The position numbers and the translations under genes are program-made. The notes below the pieces were generated by a model that made no database searches, was not told the origin of the DNA, and saw only the letters and a program-made list of their open reading frames with translations. DNA of 64,000 nt from Barthelona sp. PCE (lineage: Eukaryota), in NCBI GenBank assembly GCA_040285745.1, contig JAUFOR010000002.1, positions 1 through 64,000 of the forward strand, given 5' to 3'. Positions within the stretch are counted from its first letter, which is position 1, and the number at the start of each line of letters is the position of its first letter. Positions 53,683 through 64,000 of this stretch are shown here, piece by piece.

Positions 53683-54763
53683 TGTTCAATATAGATCGAC
53701 TGAGTCGGAAAATAAAATAAACAAGTTAAAAAACTTAAAGGAGTTCCTACCACCTTTTTTACTTCATCAGAGACATTAACAAGGTGTTGTTCATAGAATG
53801 GATCTCCTTATGTACTTATATTTATTATATTTCTGTCAAAAAAAAAGCTAAAACTGTAAGAAATTCTTTATATTGATAATAAACAGTATTTATGCGATGA
53901 GTAATGAATAACACTCAATTGGCACTCATTTTAAAAACGAGAAAGGACATATTTGTCATAGCACTTTTATACCGTTGATACATGTATCGAGTATTGTTTT
54001 CTTGTATTCATCTCGCCAATGGCCGTTGATATGATATAAAACATCCTTGAAAATAGAAACTTTGGTGAGTATTTGAGTTAGTTGCAATATGTCGGTGTTA
54101 TGGTGCGATCCTAAACTGTATGTGGTTTACATGCATAAATATATTTCTCATGCCAGCAGCCCAGTCATAGGTTTTGCCAGCAGAACTCCTTGAATTGTTA
54201 TATTCATTTCAACGGCGTTAGGTGTGCTTTATTGTGCCAAACAGTCCACGAAACCCAAGCAGAAAAGTTGTAATTGGGTTAGATGTGTAGTCTTCTGTTT
54301 TTCTTTTTACAAGCTTTCAACAGTTATTTAAAATTTACAAGAGTGAGCAAAAAACATTACAACAGCGTGCAGGAAGTACCAATTAATATAAAGGGTGTCC
54401 TAATTCCTTGCATTTTTTTAAATGATCTTTAACGCTTTTTATTTCTGATATTAAAACAGAGACTGATTAGCGACTATTCAGGATTTATGAATTAGTTATT
54501 AGGTTGCAAAACCACCCTTTAGACGTAATTTTTTTGTTGAACATGTTTTTTTTGTATCAACAGCTGTTTCAATGTTTGTAAAGCCTTTAGCAGGACGGAA
54601 TCTTATGGTTTTTGTATAGATTTAGTGTTCGTCAATGGATTTTTTTTTTCCAAACGAAATATTCGAACATCTGTCTAACTCAATGGACTGTCATATTGTT
54701 TAAACTTCACTAGAAATAAAATGAACAACTATAACAACGTTATATCACAGATTACCTTTTACA

Positions 54764-56998
54764 ATGCTGAGTATCTGCCCTGCACAGATCAGTAATACCA
54801 TCGAACAGGGCCTTGCGGAATCACCCTTTGTGAGGACCGAGCAGCCACAGGTCTTTAGCCACATGAGCGAAAAATTTTGTGAAGTTGTGGGGGAAGAATT
54901 CTCTGTTATAAGGCCAGGGCCCGCACCATTCGTGTCATACATTGACAGTTCACGGGACAAGATCGTCCATCTCGATGTAGATCATTTCCAATCGATGACA
55001 TTTCCATCTCTTCATGTGAAGAACTGTTTTGCCTTAATCTGGACCCCCTGTGCGAGGTTCCTCTTCGCACTTACCACAGATAACATGATATATGTCTATA
55101 ATTTCTTTAACTGGCGGTTTAGTTTTTGTTGTAGCACAGATTTTGAGTTTACTGATTTTGAAACCTTCCCCACCCTCTTAGACGATGACAGATACGTGGT
55201 TATTATGCAAGGAGAGATGCAAAAGCTGTTTGTACGTCGGTTGTTTTCTAACAACAGTATCACAGCCTTTTTTGACGGTGAGCGTTCGCTGTGTGTTTCC
55301 AGAACGGAGGGCATGCCCCCGCCGCCCCTCTCCCATCTGCTGATCCCGATCGGCAACGTGAGAACGATATGCCTTGATGGTGATAGCGTGCGCGTTGAGA
55401 AGGACGATGGTGTCACAGTTTTCACAATCGATACAGATAGCATGAAGTTCTCGGTGTCAAAGGAGCCGCAGGCTGTATCCCTGGTTGATGTTGAGCTGCC
55501 TTTCCTCCCTGACGAAAATATCACATCGCTGGCACATCATGAGGGGATCACACTATACACCCGTCAATCCATGAATGAGCACGGCGTCACGAACACTGAG
55601 TTTGTGATCCGTGATGGAGAGACCGATGAGCTGTTGCACACAAGGCGCATGGATGAGAACGCAAGGATTTTTCATGTTTTTTCATCAACCCCACGCGTTG
55701 GTATCCATGTCGACAGAGGTAACGTCGAGTACATATACCCACACACCCTTGTCGAGCGTCACCTCAGAAGGATAGCTGCATTGGATATGTCTCGAATGAT
55801 GGTTGAGGCAGAGCGATATCGATATGAACCGAAAGGACTCTTTGCCTTCTTCGAATCAGACGAGTCCTTTGTCGAAGCCATCATCGATAACGAATGGCCG
55901 TTGGACTCTTTGGCGGAGTTCTTCCTTCAGTTGTCGAAGGAGATGCAAACGTTAGCTGTCCTTGTCCCCCCACCAGATTTAGAAACGTTCGGCAAAGATG
56001 AGAGTGTATCTCGACTGTGCCTGAAGCTACTTTTCATCTGGTACAACAACAGCACTTTTCACACACTACCCGAGTACCTTTCTCATGTTTCAAGAGCCCA
56101 GCTAGCTGAGGTATGTGATTTTTTGATTTTAAGTTTCATATCAGCAGAGTGTCTTGTATTCATATGCAATGTTTTCCACAGCAAGGCGCTTTCTCGTCGC
56201 GTATCGTCGCTTGTTCGACTAGATCAGCGAGTTTTTAGACGAATAACTGAGTCCGATAAAGTCAGCACAGCTATGCGTCTCCTACCACCACGTGTCGCCG
56301 TTGTGCTGCGTTTTGTCGTCAATGAGAGAAAAGGGGCACCAACAAACATTGCGCTCGCCGATCTTCCACTGCTGTTAGGCCTGTTAAAAACGCAACAGTT
56401 GTTTGAGTCAGATGACAAGTTCACTCAGTTTCGACCGTGGTTGGAGCGATTAGATGCTTGGGTACCACTGGATAAGGCTCTCAGGAATGTCGTAGTGGAG
56501 GAAGTGAACGAAGAACCAATTGAATTTGAATACACTCATATTGTCAAGGAGTTGAAGGCGATTTCTACACTCCTCAAGAAGGGCCCAGGCTTTATAATTC
56601 GCATAACTCGTCTTGAAAAGATGTACGATACTTACTTCAAGGGCATGAACGAAGGAATCTCGGAAGCAAAGCTGAACAGTATGCGGAAGCGTTTACAAGG
56701 GGAAGCAAATAGTTTTCATGAAGCTTTCAGTATCTATAAGGACATGGAGGAGCGTCTTGAAAGGGCACCACAACTTGTTCTAGCCCTGTGTTTGTCAGAT
56801 GTTGATGTAGCTTGTGCATATGCAGAAGAAATCATTACACGATTAACAACAGTTTTAAAAAAGGATGAATCACGTCTTCTGTTCAAGAAAAAGTTTGATC
56901 CAATCGATTATACACTGTACAAACATGTTTTCCTCGTTGTGGATAGTTGTATTGTGCCAGGTCCGACAAAGAGTCCCCTGCAGTATTTTCTTCATTAG
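54764..56998 (+). CDS. ELP1: Elongator subunit 1 (Elp1/IKI3)-like, strongly reduced
   Basis: VGIHVDRGNVEYIYPHTLV..LRR matches the Elp1 signature LQMPRGNLExIYPRxLV. Confidence 0.6.
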   Translation: MLSICPAQISNTIEQGLAESPFVRTEQPQVFSHMSEKFCEVVGEEFSVIRPGPAPFVSYIDSSRDKIVHLDVDHFQSMTFPSLHVKNCFALIWTPCARFLFALTTDNMIYVYNFFNWRFSFCCSTDFEFTDFETFPTLLDDDRYVVIMQGEMQKLFVRRLFSNNSITAFFDGERSLCVSRTEGMPPPPLSHLLIPIGNVRTICLDGDSVRVEKDDGVTVFTIDTDSMKFSVSKEPQAVSLVDVELPFLPDENITSLAHHEGITLYTRQSMNEHGVTNTEFVIRDGETDELLHTRRMDENARIFHVFSSTPRVGIHVDRGNVEYIYPHTLVERHLRRIAALDMSRMMVEAERYRYEPKGLFAFFESDESFVEAIIDNEWPLDSLAEFFLQLSKEMQTLAVLVPPPDLETFGKDESVSRLCLKLLFIWYNNSTFHTLPEYLSHVSRAQLAEVCDFLILSFISAECLVFICNVFHSKALSRRVSSLVRLDQRVFRRITESDKVSTAMRLLPPRVAVVLRFVVNERKGAPTNIALADLPLLLGLLKTQQLFESDDKFTQFRPWLERLDAWVPLDKALRNVVVEEVNEEPIEFEYTHIVKELKAISTLLKKGPGFIIRITRLEKMYDTYFKGMNEGISEAKLNSMRKRLQGEANSFHEAFSIYKDMEERLERAPQLVLALCLSDVDVACAYAEEIITRLTTVLKKDESRLLFKKKFDPIDYTLYKHVFLVVDSCIVPGPTKSPLQYFLH

Positions 56999-57127
56999 TA
57001 AATAGTAATTATATTAGTCTACAAAGTTATATCTGGGTAAAAGTATGCTTTTTTGCTGTAATAATACCTAATCAATCTTGAAATCAGGCTGTTTCATTTT
57101 TTCGTACCCTTTCAAAGTAACCACCGA

Positions 57128-58134
57128 ATGCAAGCTATCAGAAATCTGTGGACGTCGTTTACAAACCCTGCGGATATCCAGATTGAGTTTGCTGATGAAG
57201 ATAAGCAACCTACTGATAATGATGGTCTTCCCATCTATAATCACACAGACGGACTCTCAGGAAAGATTAACATTGCTCCCAACACAGAGATTGAGCATAC
57301 AGGAGTCTCAATAGAACTCATTGGTGAGTTAGGTATGATTTTCTACATTCTGAATTCTTCCATGGTTGGTACAAGGACCACTGGGAGGAAAATAGACAGT
57401 TTAAGCAGTTTATCTTACGTTTAGTAGTTTTTGAGCACCCTGCGGCTGACACAAAATTCCTCACTCTTAAACAAAGTTTCGATATTGAATCACCATGGAC
57501 TGAGCCAAAAGAACTTGATTTCTGGTTCAATTCAGCAGAAAAGCCTTACGAAAGTTTTTCTGGAGTTCATGCTCGCATTAAGTATTATGTTAAGGTTAGC
57601 ATCACCCGAGCTGGACGCCCAGACATCACAGAAACCAAGGACTTCATTGTTCACATGCATAAAAAGGCTCCAATGATTGAAACACCAATCAAGTTAGAGG
57701 TAGGTCTGGAGAATCGTTTACACATTGAATTTGAATATGATAAGGATACCTACTCATTTAATGACGTGATCCTGGGCAAGATATACTTCTTATTAGTTCG
57801 AGTTCCCATTAAAACGATGGAAGTTTCTTTACTTCGTAGGGAAACAGTATTTGTTGGTGAGACAAAACGTTTGAATATCAAGACACTGGGCAAGTGGGAG
57901 CTCATGGATGGGTCTCCTGTAAGAGGCACTTGTATACCTATTCGTATTTTCATGAATAACGACAATATGGGTCAAACTCAGGAGATTTCTGAGAAAATTT
58001 CTGTTCAATATTGTTTAAATCTTGTTATTGTGAACGAGGAGTCAAATGATCGTTATTTCAGACAGCATGAAATCAAGTTATACCGATCAAAGGAAGAAAG
58101 CAAGAGGAGTCTTTTAACTGAGGCCTTAGAATAA
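57128..58134 (+). CDS. VPS26: Retromer subunit Vps26; exons 57128-57332 and 57425-58134
   Basis: EHTGVSIELIG ^ EKPYESFSG..IKYYVKV, IKLEVGLENRLHIEFEY, GKIYFLLVR, ELMDGSPVRG, RYFRQHEI. Confidence 0.95.
57333..57424 (+). other. Spliceosomal intron, 92 nt, with internal hairpin
   Basis: GTATGA...TCTTACGTTTAG; removal restores the Vps26 frame. Confidence 0.88.
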
Positions 58135-58232
58135 AAAATTGTGAAAATTGGATAATGATTTGTAGAATTCTGCTGTGGAAGAATGTTGCTATAAGTTTTT
58201 TCACATTCTTTTATCGAAATTAGGGACCAAAA

Positions 58233-58586
58233 ATGATTGCTGCACAGATCAGAAACCACATAAAGGAGCAAGAGAAGGAAGAAGTAAGGCTGGAGGAAGT
58301 CCGAAGTGATTGTTATTCAAAAGCAGGAAAATTCACCAGGATGGCGCTTAACCAGGTAAATCAGCCCGCCGCAGTTGTCTTTAATAACCAAAAGACAATA
58401 CAAGCAAACCTTAAGAAGCTTGAAGGAAATCTGGGCGAGTTCACAACCACAGTTACAGAATTAGCCCAGGCTGTGAGTGGTTTCAATGCCGCTATTAAGT
58501 CTCTTGAGCACATTGACACATGGGCACTTTCTATTCAAACAGATATGAGAGACGTAGCTGAGGTGTTGGAACAAATTAATACTTAA
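58233..58586 (+). CDS. BLOC1S1: BLOC-1 subunit 1 (BLOS1/GCN5L1)
   Basis: VFNNQKTI..FNAAIKSLEHIDTWALSIQTDMRDVAEVLE. Confidence 0.88.
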   Translation: MIAAQIRNHIKEQEKEEVRLEEVRSDCYSKAGKFTRMALNQVNQPAAVVFNNQKTIQANLKKLEGNLGEFTTTVTELAQAVSGFNAAIKSLEHIDTWALSIQTDMRDVAEVLEQINT

Positions 58587-58688
58587 TGAAAATTTTTATT
58601 AATATTGTGCAATTGTTACTTCTTTGTTATATAGAAACACATATGGGAAAAAGATTAAGGAAATGCAGTAGAAGTAACATGGAATAAA

Positions 58689-60743
58689 TCAGAATGTAGG
58701 TTTTGGGAGTTGATACGCCCGACATAAAAGCTTGGATAGAAAATTCCACATGGGGACGAGCTGTGCAATGAGAGTATCAATACGAACACCACTACCATGA
58801 ATGTTCTGATATTCAATTGCGTTATTTAAAGGGAGTAACTTTGCTTTAACATGTTGGAAATCATTAATGAACAGGAAGCTTCCGCAGCGTTGGAAAAAAT
58901 TGATAATGTGGTCCAGGTTTTGGAACCTAAAATACTCAAGCTTGAAATCTTTAAAACGCTCAAGCACTTGCAGTTTCTCAAACATTCTGTAGAATTTGAT
59001 GATGAATATTGGCATGTGGAAAAAGAGGACGACATCATTCACATTCGGCATGTGATAGTACACAATACCGAACTCATGACACGAAATATTATTGAGCAAG
59101 TCAGACACTCTGTAACCCTTGAGCACGACCGCCCTCCTTTGATCATAACCATTGTTAATAATATCAATATTCAGCACACTAGAGAAGTGTACAGCAGGCT
59201 TCGACATCAGATCAAGCTGAACCGGATTGTCGATGATACACTCTTCGTATGTCTTTTCTCTGTCCATGCACTTCGCAATGGTGGGGTACATGACGTGCAT
59301 TCCGATTGGTTGCAGGTATTCCTGCCCGCTTTCTGTCGTGTATTTGTTGTAGACGTTGTACCTGATAAGATCGCTTTTGAGATATCGCTTTATGTTACGT
59401 GCCTGCTTGAGTCGGAATCCACCACTGACACTACTGTGGATTTTAAGCTGCTTTCCATTAAAACAAGCCTTACTGAACGCTTTTAGTGCGAATGCTGCGT
59501 TCCTACTATCGTAAAACTCGATAAAACGTTGAGATTTTCGGCGTGGGGCACGCCTGATCTCCCGCAGGTCACCGTACTCAGCGAAAGAATTAATAAGCAC
59601 AATATCTGTAGACGCGGCTTTGAGGTTGAACAGCACGAGCGTACCGTTGTTGTATCTTTTGTTGATGAACGGGTTCTCCACCATCACAGTAAAAGTGGGG
59701 CTGAAGCAGCTCAGTGATGGCTCGTGCTGTGCGCGCTCTATTAGACCCATCGCACCTCTGATATCAAAGTACGAGACAAGAGCCCACGTGAGCTGCCCAC
59801 CCTTGTTGCGTCGGAGATGTTCAGCCATAGTTAGCGTCTTAGGAATGAAGTTCGGGTTGACCTGGATTTGGCACCGGTTCTGCAACCCCAGAAGCTCCTT
59901 AGAGCTCATACGGACAAGTGGGGGGTATACCACGGTCCCTCTGTGCAGCTCTTCGACAACATCACCCATGTACGTGCCCTGTGCAGGTGTTTCCTCGTTT
60001 TCTTCATCGCTCTCCAACTTCTGTGTATCAACGTCAAATGTATGCACAGTCTTCACGCTCTGCGAAATCTCCCGCGGGGAGTCCTGCGCCTTAATGCTTT
60101 CGAAGAACAGTGCAGTCCTGGACTCGTGCTTGAATCCGTTTGCGCTTCGTTCTGTCTCCAGATCAATGTTCTCTATATCGTTTGGCCTTGCACATCTTAT
60201 GTACCCGAACGGGCTCATGTACAGGAAACGAATCGTGCCAAATTCGCTCAGCTTGTTGTGTAGGACCTGGAGAGAGGTGCATCTTGTGTCGATGTGGTTT
60301 AGCAAAATCGTGCGGGACGGATCCTTTTGATGCAGTGATCTGAAGAATTCGCCGCTATCGATCGTCTCTACGCGATCTAACTCATCCATTGTGTACGGAA
60401 TATCATTATCATGTGGCGTATTATCTTTCTCTCTCAATTGATCAAGTTCAGGAAGCGATGTATTTCGCGGTATTTGTATAGAGCTTGAGTGCATCGTCAA
60501 CTGTGGAAGTGAACTACCCTGTAATGAATTGTAATGAGAATTATGGTGTTCACGTGGTGTGTTCGGATCACTGACTGGTGTTGAAATCGCACTTTGTGGG
60601 TTTTCAGATCCCGAGTAGAACTCCAGATCCAAATCAACCGGGCTTTCAAAGCTGGAACTGTCCTTGAAACAGTATTCATCATTATTTTCATTCGGTGTGA
60701 ATTCAAGCATCATACCAGTAGACATGCCTAATTGATCTGTCAT
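58689..60743 (-). CDS. Mei2-like RRM protein
   Basis: PSRTILL (RRM1), VSYFDIRGA, NNGTLVLFNL..YGDLREIR..RFIEFYDSRNA (RRM2), IDIINNGYDQRRAVVLK (divergent RRM3); likely start MTDQLG. Confidence 0.85.
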   Translation of the reverse strand: MTDQLGMSTGMMLEFTPNENNDEYCFKDSSSFESPVDLDLEFYSGSENPQSAISTPVSDPNTPREHHNSHYNSLQGSSLPQLTMHSSSIQIPRNTSLPELDQLREKDNTPHDNDIPYTMDELDRVETIDSGEFFRSLHQKDPSRTILLNHIDTRCTSLQVLHNKLSEFGTIRFLYMSPFGYIRCARPNDIENIDLETERSANGFKHESRTALFFESIKAQDSPREISQSVKTVHTFDVDTQKLESDEENEETPAQGTYMGDVVEELHRGTVVYPPLVRMSSKELLGLQNRCQIQVNPNFIPKTLTMAEHLRRNKGGQLTWALVSYFDIRGAMGLIERAQHEPSLSCFSPTFTVMVENPFINKRYNNGTLVLFNLKAASTDIVLINSFAEYGDLREIRRAPRRKSQRFIEFYDSRNAAFALKAFSKACFNGKQLKIHSSVSGGFRLKQARNIKRYLKSDLIRYNVYNKYTTESGQEYLQPIGMHVMYPTIAKCMDREKTYEECIIDNPVQLDLMSKPAVHFSSVLNIDIINNGYDQRRAVVLKGYRVSDLLNNISCHEFGIVYYHMPNVNDVVLFFHMPIFIIKFYRMFEKLQVLERFKDFKLEYFRFQNLDHIINFFQRCGSFLFINDFQHVKAKLLPLNNAIEYQNIHGSGVRIDTLIAQLVPMWNFLSKLLCRAYQLPKPTF

Positions 60744-61462
60744 ATTAGGTTTCACTATGAAAATAAATAGCTTTGTAAAATGTAAAATAAAAGGAAAAGG
60801 AAAAAAATTCAATAACAGTACAATTGCTCTCCACGCTTGCTAGATAATGTTTGTTCGGTTGAATGTATGCATGATTTCAAGAATATTTTACACTTACTAG
60901 GTACTTTTTGATTTGAGATTTGGAATTTTTTCATGTGGCATGAATTTCAAATTGTGTGGAGGCTGTATGCGTTTTTGGCATAGTTTACAGTAGATAAAGG
61001 CCAAACTTTAGCAGTACATCGTGAACTAAGGTTTGCAGTCTTAAACACTTTTTAAGGTTTTTTATTACTGAAACTGATCTCCAAAGTTTATGTTTAATTT
61101 ATTTTCAGGATAAAGTATGGATTAACTCAATTGGAAACTTGCTTTTTGCTGTTTCACCATATTAACACACTCGGTCTTTACTCTACATGAATTTGGGACT
61201 GGGGAAATTCCTCTTGGCACATTAGGTGAAAGACCGATGCAGTAGATGCAATGGTTGTGTTTAAGTTTCTGCTGAGATGTTCTTCCTTGTGAAGAAAGGA
61301 GCGCATAGAGCTTATACCGGCCATTACCAGTATTACACAGTTATCGTGAAGTATCTAAGCGATACAACACAAAGAGGGTCATTTGGTTGAAACTTTTTTA
61401 TTCTTAATTTTACTATATTACCATCTGATTGCAATCAAATAATTAATAAAAAAATGTACATT

Positions 61463-62227
61463 TTATCGCCTTCTATTGATTTTGAAATAGTTGAAACGAG
61501 GGGTTGAAGATTTAAAAACCGATGTTGTTGATCTGGTTCGATTAGCTAACACCCTGTTGTTCACATTGTACGATCCTGGGCCGATGTGTTGACTTGTACC
61601 AATACCACGTGTGGGATCTTTGAAACGTTTTGAGGAACCAAGCGTGGAGATTTGTCTACGTGGTTTCGTCTTCTTCAGCCCCGTATCATAGCTCCCGGGT
61701 GCCGGTGCTTGGTTTTTTGGTGAATAGAAACGTGGTGTAGTAGAAAATTCAGCTGAATTTATATATCCCGAAGCAGCTCTCTTTTTCTTCTTAAATGAAC
61801 GTGGTGACTTTGTGTCCTTTGTGTTGTTGTACGCACCTGGCGGAGGTGCTAATGTATTTGAACTTTTGAACCTATTTTCTCTGCCAAAATCTAGATTCTT
61901 TCGCGGTGATGTCTTTTTAACCCATTCAGGACCTTTGACAACCACATCAGGAGCTGCAGGCTTTGTTTGTAATAATTTTGGTTGCTTACTTAGAAATGGA
62001 GCAGTACCCAATGTTTTCTTCTGGCTGGCAGAAAGATTCACATTTTCATAAGCTCCAGGTCCGGGAGCAATGGTATGGTCCTTTCCGAAACGTTCTTGTT
62101 TTTCAATGTAATGTGTGCCCTTTTTATAATTTGAGTAAATATCGTCAACATTGCATGATTCATAGTCACCAGGCCCAAGATCTGTGAGTTCGGCCGGAGC
62201 TGAGCTGAATAGCTTCTCACTTGCCAT
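61463..62227 (-). CDS. Sperm-tail PG-rich (STPG/SHIPPO) repeat axonemal protein
   Basis: Repeated PGPGxY-type motifs with preceding F..xxRF. Confidence 0.85.
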   Translation of the reverse strand: MASEKLFSSAPAELTDLGPGDYESCNVDDIYSNYKKGTHYIEKQERFGKDHTIAPGPGAYENVNLSASQKKTLGTAPFLSKQPKLLQTKPAAPDVVVKGPEWVKKTSPRKNLDFGRENRFKSSNTLAPPPGAYNNTKDTKSPRSFKKKKRAASGYINSAEFSTTPRFYSPKNQAPAPGSYDTGLKKTKPRRQISTLGSSKRFKDPTRGIGTSQHIGPGSYNVNNRVLANRTRSTTSVFKSSTPRFNYFKINRRR

Positions 62228-62505
62228 TGTTGTGTAGTTGTAAAAGGGTTGAAAATTTAAACCACGAATATGACTTGTTTATTGCTTTAGATTTAGCAAA
62301 GTGTTTAACATGCTCTTCTTTATATGTGTTAGGTGTAAAGAATTGTTTGACTGACCTTTTGAATTCCGAAAATGGATAAGACCTGAGTGTTTTTGATCAT
62401 CTCTGAATGGCTTGGTGCATGTGCTAACCACATATTTTCATTCCGCATGTTTCTCACTGACAATAAAATTCGAATTAGACTCAAAAACAAGAAAAAATTC
62501 TTTAC

Positions 62506-63342
62506 TTAAATCTGTTGATTATCTGAAACAACAAGCAATGGCTTTTCTGAATCTTCACGAGTAGTAGCAAGGGAACCCTTCATGATGACGTCATAGAAGA
62601 GCAGTTGGAAGAAGATAATCATCTGGAAAACAAAACTGGACAAGAAGCTTACCCAAACACTGAACGGCTCACGGTTCATTACAGCGAGCCAGTACAACTG
62701 GATACCAGCACCAGGTCCGGTCAGTGCGAAGAGGAAGATGCTGAGAGACTTACCTTCCTTCAATTTGAATACCAAAACGGTTTGAGTGACCCACTGGATG
62801 AGGTTGAGGATCGACATCTCACCGTAGGTGTCAGCAACCCACTCAATAACACTGGTGCACGCACCCTTGCCGAAGATACCAGCGTAGAAGAGGACCCATA
62901 AGATAGAGAGAGACATAAAAACAGTTAATGCAGTTACCATCATTTTTGAACGCTTGAAATCTGCATGGGACTCCTCTGTGTCCTTGCGTGGGTGGTATGC
63001 AATGTACATGTAACTGATAGGGAGGTATATGAGGAACATAATGAGTGCTTGCCAGAAAGTAGCTGTGGCATCATAAAACTGCCAAAAACTGTATTTGCTC
63101 ACATTAACAATGACAGGTAACTTCAAGATCAAGAGATCGAACATGACACAGAACTGGTTGAAAGAAGCAATGGCAAAACTAAAACAGCTTAATCCTGCAC
63201 TGCTTTTTGTTTTTCTTAATCTCAGCAATTGAGGCAAAACAGCAATGACGATGCCCAAAGTAAGAACTACACCGATAATTCTTGACAAAATGGTCTGATC
63301 ATCGAATACTCGTCGACATTCCCAAACTGATGAATGTACCAT
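62506..63342 (-). CDS. PQ-loop 7-TM membrane protein
   Basis: LPQLLRLRKTKSSAGLS; second loop VTQ..KLKEGKSLS; C-terminal EKPLL dileucine-like signal. Confidence 0.85.
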   Translation of the reverse strand: MVHSSVWECRRVFDDQTILSRIIGVVLTLGIVIAVLPQLLRLRKTKSSAGLSCFSFAIASFNQFCVMFDLLILKLPVIVNVSKYSFWQFYDATATFWQALIMFLIYLPISYMYIAYHPRKDTEESHADFKRSKMMVTALTVFMSLSILWVLFYAGIFGKGACTSVIEWVADTYGEMSILNLIQWVTQTVLVFKLKEGKSLSIFLFALTGPGAGIQLYWLAVMNREPFSVWVSFLSSFVFQMIIFFQLLFYDVIMKGSLATTREDSEKPLLVVSDNQQI

Positions 63343-63809
63343 TATATTATAACAATTTTAGTAATGTGTAAAGTGTATTATGTTTGATACGGATAGGGTT
63401 ATACAATCTAATAACTCCAAATCTGAAAAAAGGAGTTGAAATGGAATGAATTAATGAAACCACAAATTTGACATGATTTTCTGAGTCAATCGGTGCTAAA
63501 TGCATCATATCCACCCAACTATGAGGCTTCTCTAAGATCAAGAATCCACGTATTTTATTCGGTAAGTTTACTACAAAGGTTCTTTGGATAATTTTGCGTT
63601 GCTATTGGCACCAATGGGCATTGCAGGGTGGTTTTTAAAAAGTTACAAATCCCAAAACTGTAAGGGTGATGTAAAAAATTGTTATAAAGCCGAAATGTTT
63701 ATTTTCCTCTAAAATAGAAATAAATCACACCAAAACTTCCATATAAAGCAAGATTACTTAAAAAAATTACCGATAAAATAAGAACATGCGATATCAAAGA
63801 TTTTCTTTT

Positions 63810-64000
63810 TTACATACAATACGTGGGTGTTAAATTCGTTTGTTGGAGCTGCATGTAGTTATACAGCACATGCCTATATGTAATATCAAACAAATCAGGT
63901 ACTGACCTTTTTGTCCATTTTTCATTAATACGCTCATTAATGGAGAATAATGTGTAATGGCAAAACTTCAATAGATGATGTATCTCTCCAGACACAATGG
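63810..64000 (-). CDS. Possible 3' end of a gene entering from beyond the window
   Basis: Frame open from the window edge to TAA at 63810. Confidence 0.35.
   Translation of the reverse strand, partial: IVSGEIHHLLKFCHYTLFSINERINEKWTKRSVPDLFDITYRHVLYNYMQLQQTNLTPTYCM

Noticed and set aside
53700-54760. 1-kb gap as a hidden gene or RNA
   Set aside because: Only short interrupted frames; no convincing splice pair or structure found.
58851-60330. 211- and 236-aa ORFs antisense to the Mei2-like gene (and similar shadow ORFs elsewhere)
   Set aside because: Fully overlap a well-supported CDS; no motifs.

Overview
Eukaryotic nuclear DNA (standard code, very gene-dense, few short introns) from a flagellated protist. 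It is probably an anaerobic, metamonad-like organism: introns have GTATG[T/A] donors and a fused branch point/acceptor NCT[A/T]AYNNNYAG, several axonemal genes are present, and there is a bacterial TM1266-like hydrogenase-operon gene. The window has two parts. (i) About 1-14.3 kb is accessory/repetitive: a single-ORF CRE-like non-LTR retrotransposon (RT + CCHC + restriction-like endonuclease) broken only at homopolymer runs, a palindrome-rich AT tract, gene relics including a kinase remnant, lineage-specific paralogues, an 85-bp tandem repeat and tRNA-Ile(UAU) at the boundary. (ii) About 14.3-64 kb is tightly packed intact genes: BBOF1, Rad51-like, LisH-WD40, Ulp1/SENP, PP4R3, CCP, Noc4, DNAJC21, PP5, a large surface protein, NAA25-like, CFAP52, RtcA, RSPH14, EamA, ZC3H15, soluble calnexin, ADSL, OvoA, RPS25, Elp1-like, Vps26, BLOS1, Mei2-like, STPG and PQ-loop. 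Most notable: a bacterial-type TM1266-like protein whose start codon is split by a structured 218-nt intron; a three-domain OvoA in a probable anaerobe; a possibly intact CRE retroelement; a soluble KDEL-type calnexin; a Mei2-like protein with a ~140-aa insertion in RRM1; and a candidate structured RNA at ~61.2 kb. All family calls are by eye from motifs; no database searches were run.
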